Shown in pieces: positions 37,521 to 48,127 of a DNA stretch of 64,000 nucleotides; positions within the stretch are counted from its first letter, which is position 1; each line of letters starts with the position of its first letter. Source of the stretch: Azolla caroliniana. Taxonomy: Eukaryota > Plantae > Polypodiophyta. The notes beneath the pieces were generated by a model, which saw only the letters and a list, made by a program, of their open reading frames with translations, was not told the origin of the DNA and made no database searches. The stretch covers positions 14,384,001 to 14,448,000 of the forward strand of contig JBHGNT010000016.1 of the NCBI GenBank assembly GCA_043228905.1, written 5' to 3'. The translations under genes were made by a program, and so were the position numbers.

Positions 37521-38126
37521 TTATCTTGGGTTGGACTAGCCACAACACAGGGTGTCCCTCCGGAACACTTCATCAAAAGGTGGTTGAGGGAATGATGTTA
37601 TCCAACACGAATCCGATTCTATCCAACTAATTCCGAATTGGTGGTGGCCTTTGTCTGCACTTCATATTCCAGTATTTTGGTTTGGTAGGTTGTTTGAACC
37701 TTCTCCAAAACTATCTTTGCTCATTCCGTTTCCTCATAATGCTTTGCGGTGAGTTGCGTCCTTTCCCTCACCACTTCGTCCATCATTTGTCCCATGGATG
37801 CAGCCATCATCTTCTATTCATCCGCCAACGTCTCCATCTTCTTTGCAAATTCCGTCCGGACCTCCTTCAATTTTTCTTGCTGCTAGTCGAAATCCGACCC
37901 CAGCTTCTTATGCTCTACCTCGAGTTGTTTATGGTCTCGGTGCAGCTTTTCAAAATCCTCCATTTTTTGCTTGAGACGCTGGTTTATTTGAGAGCACGTT
38001 GTTGTGATGTTTCCATGCCACGATGAGAAAATAACCTCTACCAATTTATATGAGCTTATTCAAATCTTTGTAAAAGGTTATATAGAGTGTGGGGCCTCGA
38101 TGAGTAGGAGCGTGTGGGGGTTTAGG

Positions 38127-38472
38127 TGCCGTGAAGGATTTGTTGCACGATAGAAAAATAAACTAAAATATTATATTGAATAACATTTGAGAGACTTGAA
38201 CCCACAACCCCACATACCAAATACAAGGCATATACCATTAGGCTAGGTCATTTTAATGTTTATACTTATGCCATGTATATTTTCATACATGAAAGCTCAA
38301 ATCAGTGGGATGTCTGTCATGCATCACATGCATGTCTTGTACCCTCACATGCATCATATGCATGGGGGCACCTATTTAAAGAGGGAAAGGGAAAAGAGTG
38401 GGGAAGAAGATGAGACGAGGAATATTATTGTAATAGGAGGGACAAGCTATATTATTGTACAAGAAATATTTT
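38127..38472 (+). repeat. Truncated LTR (U3 half) related to the E10 LTR
   Basis: Starts TGCCGTGAAG after a G-rich tract. Shares TATACCATTAGGCTA and ACCCTCACATGCATCATATGCAT with the reverse complement of 59420-59610. Confidence 0.65.
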
Positions 38473-38984
38473 GTATATTCTACAATTATTCTGTGGTATA
38501 TTCTAAACGGGTATATTCTTGAGATATTTCTCGAGTATATTCTAGAGATATTGAATCTCGAAAATTGTATAAATACTTGTAACATCCTTGGTCCCTTTCA
38601 AGGGATTCAACACCAGTCATTGACACATCAATCTAGTATTCTCGTTTCATTCCATCTTCTCTCCTTCACCTCTGTCTTCGTTCTCTTATGTCGTTCCTAA
38701 CTTCTAAAGTTCCTCGTAGCCTTGTCATTTGTGCTCCCTCCGAGTCCGCGCTTGGTGTGTCTGTGACAGTTTGAATCCCTTCCAACTGGAAGCACCACCC
38801 TTCATCGTCATCGCCTTTGCTTCTAGATTTACCATCATCACCGTCCTTGCTTCTAGAGTTACCGTCATCAACATCGTTGTCTTCGACGTCATCATTTTGA
38901 GCACCTCTTTGCCCAACCATCATCGTCATCAACACTACTTGTCATCATTTTTAGGTATCATTTTGCATCACGGTTTTGGTGAGT

Positions 38985-39460
38985 GCTTTCGATTGCTCAC
39001 CTTCCCAGTTCCTATGGGGGTCACAACCGCTCACTTTCCTGGTGGGGGTCGGATCATTGCACGCTTGTATTGCATTTTCGTTATAGTTCAAGTCTCGCGC
39101 CACTTTCCATTGGCGATGACCGATTTCGATCGCTCACCTTATAGTTCTAGTGGGGGTCACAACCGCTCACTTTCCTGGTGGGGATCGGATTGTGACTCGC
39201 TTGCACTCCATTTTCATTTCAATTCAAGTTTCACTCCAGTTTCCTTTGGCGAGGATCGTGTTAATCGCTCACCTTCCTAGTTCCGATGGGGGTTACAACC
39301 ACTCACTTTCCTGGTGGGGATCGAATTGTTGCTCACTCACACTCCATTTTTCATGTTGGTCTACATTTCACTCCACTCTCTTTTGACAAGGATCGATTTC
39401 GATCGCTCACCTTCTAGTTTCGGTGGGGTCACAACCGCTCACTTTCCTGGTGGGGATCGC
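38985..39460. repeat. ~135-bp tandem repeat, about 4 units (E3 interior)
   Basis: GGGGGTCACAACCGCTCACTTTCCTGGTGGGG recurs at ~39017, 39152, 39288, 39425. Confidence 0.85.
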
Positions 39461-39589
39461 TTCAGTTTCTCGCTAGTGCTGCCATTTGTGCCATGTTTTG
39501 GGTCAACCTTGACAATTTACCCTCTCATAATAGAAGAAGTCGGGTCAACCACTTCACTTGCACTCCTTCGCCTGTTAGTGTTCCAATCT

Positions 39590-40015
39590 CCGGTGAGGTC
39601 CACATGGTCGCTCACTCCCATTTGTGTTCTAGTCTCCGGTGAGGGCCGCATGGTCACTAACTCTCGTTCGTATTCCAGTCTCCGGTGAGGACCACACATG
39701 GTCGTTCACTCCAACTATTGTTCGTGTTCCCAGTGAGGACCACACATGGTCACTCACACCCATTGGTATTCGTGTTCTAGTTCCCGATGAGGACCGCACA
39801 TGGTAGCTCATGCTTGTTGGTGTTCGTGCTCCCCATGAGGACCACACATGGTCACTCACACCCATTGGTATTCGTGTTCTAGTTCCCGATGAGGACCGCA
39901 CATGGTAGCTCATGCTTGTTGGTGTTCGTGCTCCCCATGAGGACCACACATGGTCACTCACGCCTGTTGGTATTCGTGTTCCAGTCCTGGGCGAGGACCA
40001 CACATGGTCGTTCAT
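39590..40015 (+). repeat. ~50-bp stem-loop tandem repeat, 9 units (E3 interior)
   Basis: GAGGACCACACATGGTC core with a ~102-bp higher-order duplication. Confidence 0.88.
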
Positions 40016-40618
40016 GGCCGTTAGTGTTCAATACCTTGTCTTCTGGAAGGGTTACTCCTTATCTAGGATTTACAAAATACTTTGGAGGTGGTCTAAGATT
40101 TTCAAGAACAATATCCCCTTATGCCAACGACCGGTTTGGGAAGGCAGCGTAAGAGGGGGGATAATGTCACATTCTAGACTCGAACCTCTGACTTTTAACA
40201 CAGTACATTGTGTTGTGCTAACCATATGGAAACTCTTGTAAACTGTCCACATTCAATTGTGAACTTGTATATATTGTAGAGTCTTCTGTATAGTACATTC
40301 GAGAATATTCTAGTTGTTAGTATATTCTAGAATTATTTTGTGGTATATTCTAAAAGGGTATATTCTCGAATTATTTTTGGAGTATATTCTAGAGATATTG
40401 AATCTCAAAAATTGTATAAATACTTGTAACATCCTTGGTCCCTTTCAAGGGATTCAACACTAGTCATTGACACACCAATCTAGTATTCTTGTTTCATTCC
40501 ATCTTCTCTCCTTCTTCATCTCTGTTTTCATTCTCTTATGTCGTTCCTAGCTTCTGAAGTTCCTCATAGCCTTGTCGTTTGTGCTCCGTCCGAGTCCGCG
40601 CTTGGCATGTCTGTGACA

Positions 40619-41523
40619 GTATGCGCCCGTAAATGGCAAATAGGGCAATGTATCTACATATTACAATCCACCGCGGAGTGCCCTGAGTTGAAGAAGATTG
40701 TGCATTGAATGACCTAGCGGAACCGATATTCCGCGTCCTGGGACAACGCCTACCGAAGCGATGCCATGGACAATCCTTCATCTTCGTCTTCTAGTTCGAG
40801 TTGAAATGTCTGCTCAATAACAATGTTCGTCGTCTCGTCCTTCACATTCTGCATAGTCAAGGTAGTCCTGAGGGGTCGTCGTAACACTGCCAAAAATGTG
40901 TCCTTAGCCTCTTCCTCTGTCAAAACACGTGCGAGTTGCCACCATAGGCTCTGAAATCGCAGACTGAAATCAACTACAGACTCTTTTGGAAGTTGTTTGA
41001 TGGTGTAAAACTGGCTAATAATCTCACGTTGAGGGACACTCTGATGGAAGAATCGCAAAAATGACGATTGAAGCTAGTCAAACGTCGTGAACGACATGAT
41101 ATCGAACTGGGAATGACAACGAGCAACGTGGCCATCCAAGGTTATCCCGAACTCGGCGATCTTCGATGTGTGCGCTTCTGCCTCCAGAAGTCGTTGTGCC
41201 ATTTGATTAGCGTTCCAAACGTTGAGGAACGACCAAATGTGGCTCGTGGTGTCGGTTTCGCAGTTGTAACGGGGGTAGGAGAAAGCCATGCTAGTTGCGA
41301 TGGTTGTGCTGGGAAAGGGACTATTGCTACTATCGGGGTGAGTCATTTTGTGAGACTTTGTAACACTAGCTTGATCTGGTGGTGATAGGGCTTCCTGCCC
41401 GATTCCGCTTTGCTTCATGAGCATGGATTCTACCGTATAATCCAGGGGAGAAGGGGCATTGTCACTGAGGCGAGGTTTTCGCATAGCGCGTTCTTCTATC
41501 TGTCGGGTGACTGACCTGGTCAT
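40619..41523 (-). pseudogene. gag: E2 Gag N-terminal part
   Basis: ORFs 41074-41583 and 40750-41058 with major-homology-like KQLPKESVVDFSLRF. Confidence 0.75.
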
Positions 41524-42731
41524 TAGTCGATCTTGTCGAGTGGGTAGACATCCATTCCTTGCTGCTCGGCTGTGAGGATTCACAGATCACCATGCATGCC
41601 AAAAGTGTTGCCGGTTAGGAAGACGGCCTACCCTCGGTCCTTCAGGTTAGGTATCAAGGTGATCATGGTGCAGTGTAGGAATTTGTGTAGCGCGTGGAGC
41701 GTAGTGACTTAGAGCGTGTTTACTAAAGGTGCAAAACTGGAGACAGCTACAACCGAGCTCCTAATGTGCGTAACCACACAACACATATTCATCTTACACG
41801 CTTATGCTTATACAATCACACAAAGACAACAAACAACAGACAAGAGATAAGAGACAGAACTCAGATAAAACTGAACATTAAACGATTGTCCTCATAATTG
41901 CGCTAGCTCTTTACAATGTTCATATGCCCTTTATATACACAGGGCCTAGTCGGTTACACTGCTTGCATGAACCGTTAGACATGTTACTTCAACGCTTCTA
42001 TTATAATTAATATGCTTCTTTATCATGTGTTATTTACGTTTGTCCTCTTACGGCAGACAACACCAAGCTCGTCTTTTACGACATGTCATCTTGCGCATCT
42101 CTTTGCTAGCCTGTACTAAGGAAATAGTACCACTAAGTCGCGACACTTTAAGTTGTCTATACAAATCTCTACATTCCTCATCATACCACTTGTTCGGTGG
42201 CATAGACCCTGTCATGATATGGCAAGACTCAAACCCATGACCTTATGTTATATAGGTCGAGCTCTTGACCATTATACCATCTATTGTAATACATAGAATA
42301 TTATTTTCATTTAAGTTTTATTACAGGAAATTAATGAATATTCCAGATTTCTCTGGAACATTCTAGAAGCTTTAGGATTACTCCTGTGAACACTATAAAA
42401 GAAGGCACTAGGCATTATTTTGAACCAAATTGGTTCAACGCCAGTCTTAAGCCTCATAGCCATCTTGTACTTACTCTTCCTATAATATATCATCTGTTAT
42501 CATCATCTCTCTCTCTTTCTCATCCTCACTATCTCTCTCTCTCTCTCTTCTCTTCTCTTTCCTCCCTCTCGAGAGTCTTACGCAGTCCCGTCCTCCTAGT
42601 ACTAATAGTACTTCCCTTCTCTAGTACTAATTCTCTCTTTGTTTTAGTACTATTCCTGACAGTTTGAACCAATTATTCCTCTCTAGTCTTTCTTTTGGTT
42701 TCCCCCCATCCTCTTATCCTTTTTCTATAGA

Positions 42732-43810
42732 ATGGCTTCTATTAGCGCCCAAGAATACCAATCCGTTTTCTCTGAGCTACAATGTCTAAAAGAAAATTTT
42801 GTTACCTTGGAACAAGAAAACCAACGGTTGTTAGGGGATCTCCAACAAATCATCCTAGAAAAACAACAAACGCAGCAACAACATGGGGAGTTGCAATAGC
42901 AACATGGGGAGTTAGCATTATGTGTGCAACTTGAAGCAGCATTGCAACAACAAGGATCAAGTCCCCACGGATTTCATAAAGAGCCCAAGATTGGACTTCC
43001 TGTGAAATTTGATGGAACGCGATCGCAATTTAGGGGCTTCCTCAATCAGGTATGCTTAGTCATTCAAATGCATCCTTCTCGATACCCCACTGATGCATCC
43101 CGAGTCAGCCTAATAGGCACATTGCTTAGCGGCTCAACCTTGGCATGGTTTGCTCCGCTTCTGGAAAAACAATCGCCCTTACTTAATAACTTTGAAGACT
43201 TTATTAATGAGTTTAAAGCTTGCTTTGGAGATACAGACAGCATCCGGATGGCGATCAACAAAATCTGAGAATTGTGTCAAGGCGATCGTCCAGCCTCTGT
43301 CTACGCGGCAGATTTCCGTCTACTCGCTTCAGATATCCCCTGGGATGATCAGGCACTAATGGAGCAGTTTCGCTATGGCCTGCGAAACGATGTCAAAGAT
43401 CTACTTCTAACATTCCCCGAAGAACCAAAGTCTCTTACGGAGGCAATCAATCGAGCGGTCAGATGTGACAACTGCCTTTTCAAACGACATTCGGAACGTC
43501 AATTATAGGCCGGAGCCCACTCACACCTCAGTCGCGGCTAAACCGTTTGCACGAGACATACCTCAAGCAAATACTCTGACACCGATGGAGATCAACACCA
43601 TGCGTCAACATGGCCCGTTATCGGAAGAAGAAAAGCAACCACGACGTGCAAATCGATTATGCCTTTATTGCGGTGGACCAGGGCATATTGCAATCAATTG
43701 TCCTCATAGCCGAGGAAGACAGGTAAATCAAATCGTAGCATGTACTAAACCCAAGTCAATTCTTCCCTTAGGAGTGTTTGATAGTATTAATAGTACTAAT
43801 AGAGTGTCTG
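42732..43810 (+). pseudogene. gag: E7 Gag (PEG10/sushi-like); ends at 47584 after E8
   Basis: EPKIGLPVKFDGTRSQFRGF, TPMEI, CLYCGGPGHIAINC. Confidence 0.88.
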
Positions 43811-46800
43811 TGTTGAGATATCAAGCTCAACTAGTTTAATCTAGTTAGTCAACACATGTAACTTAGTAGTTACCTAGATCGAATCTAGTTAATGTGTTGA
43901 CCTTAAGCCTTTAAATAGGACCTTGTACTTAAGTGGGATACTCTAGATCCTCCACTCCTTAGTACATTTAATGTAGGACTTACACATAAGTACCTATGTT
44001 CTACCCACACATGTGCACCTTTGCACATGGGTTGTATATATACCTCATTGTGGGTATTTTTGTAGTTGATGACACTTTTCAATATAGTCAATCATCCCCC
44101 ATTTATCTTGGTGTTCAAGTGTAACTTCCTCTCTCTCTCTCTCTTCCTCTCACACACTCTCATGCGCATATCATACTAATCTTCTGTTGCTTAACGTAAC
44201 CATATAATTAGTCTCTAATTAACCCTAGTTAATTACCTGATTACTTAACATGGTATCAGAGCGAGTGGTTTAGGAAATCCACTAAGCCCACCACTTATTC
44301 GTGATTGTGTGTTCGAGACGCTGACGACAAATCCCGGCTATTTGCTATCCACTATCGTAGTGCCGCTACGAAGGACGTGTACGCGACCAAGAGAAGAAAA
44401 ACAAAACGGAAGACACAACAATCAACATGAACAAACAAATGGGAAGTTCACTCCCTAGCGAAAAGCTAGACCGAAGCAACTATTCATCTTGGGAGTACAA
44501 GATGAATCAATACCTTGTCGGCCAAGGGTATTGGAGCTACATCAACGGCGCACAAGAAAACAAACCCGAAACCACACACGCCAACTACCCAACATGGGAG
44601 CAAGGCGCGAGTCAGGTAATGTATTGCTTGGCAACATGTGTAAACGACCACATGCTTAGCCACATTCGTGATGCCAAGACGCCCAAAGAGGCGTGGGAAA
44701 ATCTCAAGAAGATTTTCGCCGCGGATACATCCACACGCAAGCTTCAACTCCGGCAAGAGTTGAACAACATACGACAAAAAGAAATGTCCGTGATGGACTA
44801 CACCGCCAAGATCAAGAGCATTTGCGACTCGCTTGGCTCCATCAACGTCAACATCGACGAAGAAGAGATGGTGCAAGTATGCTTGGGCAGCCTCGCACAA
44901 TGATTTAACCCGTTGAGAACGGCAATCTTGGCGAGAGATATCCCTCCCTCATTCTTCAACCTCCAATCAATGCTATTGGTCGAAGAAAACCACATTCAAC
45001 CAAAGACCAACACATCGGAAGGACAAATGCACTTCTCCGATACGGATGGTGCTCATAGACGAGGTCAACGTGGAAGAGGTCAATTCGACCTATCCCACGA
45101 AGGGAATTCACAATTTCGGCAAGGAAACAGAAGCCATCGAGGAACCTTCACAAGAAGGGGGAGCTTCCACGCCGAAAAAGGTCGGCGAACGACGCCACCT
45201 ACGTGCAACTATTGCAGCAAAATTGTCCATCGCAAAGAGGAGTGCCGAAAAAGACGAAGTGAGTCGGCCTCAACAAACCGGCAACTCACAAATTACGCCG
45301 CGAACGCGGAATACGCGGACTACGGCGGACTCTTTGTGATGAGGCATAGAGCGAACTCTATGATGGCCTCCGATCCCGCAAACTCCGCAAGGACCTCCAA
45401 CTCCGAACACGCGTGGTTCGTAGACTCCGGCGCCTCGCACCACATGACGTCGCACCAAGAGTGGTTTCGCGACTTGCGAACGCCGGATCGACCCGGCTAC
45501 ATAGAGACCGGAGACGACACTTCGCATCCCATTCGGCACACCGGCGATGTCCCATTCGGGAAAGAAGGCGAGCAAACTTGCATCAAGAATGTCTTGCACG
45601 TGCCCACAATAACAAAGAATTTGGTCTCAGTCGGCAAAATCGTGGAGCAAGGCATGCAAGTCCGCTTCAACAATGAAGGTTTCTTCATCGAGAAAGACGG
45701 TTGACTCATAGCCAAGGGACGGAGAGACGGTCGCTTGTTCATCCTCGACTCAAACGAGGTAAAATCGGCCATGTACACCAAAGGTCTCAAGACCGAGACA
45801 AACATCGAGTTGTGGCATAAGCGAATCGGCCATGTAAACCTCCAACGGCTTCGTGGAATGCAATCAAAGGGAGTCGTAATCGGACTTCCGGCCTTCGAAT
45901 CGAAACGAGTCGACCGAGTGTGTGAAGGATGCCAACTCGGCGAACAACATCGATTCCCATTCCCGAAGGAGAGCTCCGCAAGCAAAGGCCTCCTTGACAT
46001 AATCCACTCGGATGTATGGGGACCGGCTCAAACGCCGACGCTCGGCGGATGCCGCTACTACGTCACCTTCAACGAAGACCACTCGCGCTACGCGTGGATA
46101 TACCCGATGAAGAAGAAGAGCGAAGTGCTCTCCCACTTTCAAAGGCTCAAAAGCGAAGTGGAGAAAGAAACCGGTCGGCACATTCGATGCCTACGATCGG
46201 ACGGAGGAAAGGAGTACTTCTCCGACGAGTTCACCTCCTACCTCCAAGGTGAAGGAATTCGTAGAGAATTCTCATGCCGACACACTCCCCAACAAAACGG
46301 AGTAGCCGAGAGAAAGAATCGGCAAATACTCGAGGTAGCACGCGCCATGATGCGTGAGAAGCACATGCTGAACTTCTATTGGGCGGAAGCGGCATCCACG
46401 GCCGTCTATCTCATGGATCGATGCACCACAAATAGCGTGCACGAGCTTACTCCATACGAGATCTTCGTTGGAAGGAAGCCCATCCTCTCGCACCTCAAGG
46501 TGTTCGGAAGCATTGCGAATGTACGCATCCCGAACAAAAGTCGAGAGAAGCCCGACGCGAAGTCGAAAGAATGTATCCTCATAGGATACTTGTCCGCGAA
46601 AAAGGCGTACAAGTGCTTCAACCCTTCGACCCGAGCAGTGCGGATAAGTCGCGACGTCGTTTTCGACGAATCGGCATCTCGGTATAAGCCCGATGCGACT
46701 CCATTCGACCCGATCGAGGAAGAGTTGAACGCCAACTCGGACGATGAAACTTGGCCAAGTCCTCCACCGAAGGACAATCCAAGCTCTACCGAGCTAATTG

Positions 46801-47496
46801 GCCCACAAGAGCCTCCACGCGATGAAAACACGTTGCGGCCAAGTCCGACATTGGACAAAGGCAAAGGTAAGATGCCCGAATACGAAGTCGAGGTCCACCC
46901 CGACGACCGTGATTCGGATGATTCGGCTCGCTCACTAGACAGTGAGTTCAGTGTACCCATCATGAGGACACCCGGAGTAAAGAAGGCACTCACATCGACA
47001 AACGAGAAACTCCGCCACTCATAACGAGCGAAGACCCAAGTTACTCGTTACGCCTACAACGAGTATATGGCCCATCACTATGCCCTCGCGATGAAGGTAG
47101 TGGCCGAACAAGAGCCCGAGGATCCAAGCCTTAATGTGTTGACCTTAAGCCTTTAAATAGGACCTTGTACTTAAGTGGGATACTCTAGATCCTCCACTCC
47201 TTAGTACATTTAATGTAGGACTTACACATAAGTACCTATGTTCTACCCACACATGTGCACCTTTGCACATGGGTTGTATATATACCTCATTGTGGGTATT
47301 TTTGTAGTTGATTACACTTTTCAATATAGTCAATCATCCCCCATTTATCTTGGTGTTCAAGTGTAACTTCCTCTCTCTCTCTCTCTCTCTTCCTCTCACA
47401 CACTCTCACGCGCATATCATACTAATCTTCTGTTGCTTAACGTAACCATATAATTAGTCTCTAATTAACCCTAGTTAATTACCTAATTACTTAACA
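43811..47496 (+). mobile_element. E8: Ty1/Copia element lacking RT/RH, PPT and the start of the 3' LTR
   Basis: TSD GTCTG; 5' LTR 43811-44250; PBS TGGTATCAGAGC; 3' LTR remnant 47131-47496. Confidence 0.92.
44427..47120 (+). pseudogene. gag-pol: E8 Gag-PR-INT
   Basis: WFVDSGASHHM, LWHKRIGH, IHSDVWGP, RSDGGKEY, NGVAER. CGA>TGA-type stops. Confidence 0.9.
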
Positions 47497-47571
47497 GTCT
47501 GATAGTATTAATAGTACTAATAGCCCAAGTATCTCAAACAAATTTTTAATCCTTAGTCAATTACATGAAGA

Positions 47572-48127
47572 GTTAAACGATTGAGTCCAGCCAAAATAGG
47601 AGCCGTTTGGTTGGACAGCCCTAGATCTGTACATCCCATTAGTGGTTCCATTCCCTCCAAGCAAGTTAGCAATGTGTCCCTAGCCCAAGTCATGGTTAGT
47701 ACTAAAAGTACTCCCCTAGTACACGTCCTAGCACTTCTAGATTCCGGAGCTAATTCATGTTTCATGGATCAAAATTTTGCCCAAGCTTCTCAGATATCCT
47801 TAAGAAAACTTCCTTGCCCCGCATCTGTAGTAGTCATTGATTGTCGTCCCATTGCTTCTGGGAATATTGTAGAAGAGTCAGAACCCATTCAAGTTGTCCT
47901 AGGTAGTTTTGTGTGTGAGGTAGCATTTAATATAATTAGTAGTCCGGAGCATCCCATTGTCCTGGGATTACCTTGATTTGAATTACATAATCCAGACATA
48001 GATTGGAGAACAAGAAAAGTCCGACATCGACAACCCCAAGAATCTACTCATCGAGTTTCGACCATTTCACTACGTCAATTACGTGAAGAAGGACACAAAG
48101 AGGCAATGTTTCTATTTGCAATATCAG
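47572..48127 (+). pseudogene. pro: E7 protease, preceded by a -1 frameshift signal
   Basis: ALLDSGANSCFMD; IVLGLP. Confidence 0.85.

Larger units (their letters stand above)
16480..40618 (+). mobile_element. E3: non-autonomous self-priming chromovirus derivative (~2.3 kb without the insert)
   Basis: TSD GTATG. 5' LTR split (16480-16649 and 38473-38768); 3' LTR 40165-40618; PPT AAGAGGGGGGA. Internal 1.4 kb is non-coding except a chromodomain relic VQYLVFWKGY near 40030. Confidence 0.88.
13684..42062 (-). mobile_element. E2: Ty3/Gypsy non-chromovirus (Athila/Tat-like RT), split by E3; 3' part lies beyond E1
   Basis: 5' LTR 41606-42062 (TGTTG..CAACA); degenerate PBS TGGCATGCATGGTG. The gag zinc-knuckle frame rejoins across the E3 TSD (CPICHLRAH/TMDQC). 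Confidence 0.82.

Noticed and set aside
43770-47525. 30-bp TSD around E8
   Set aside because: It is a pre-existing tandem duplication in E7 gag; the true TSD is GTCTG.
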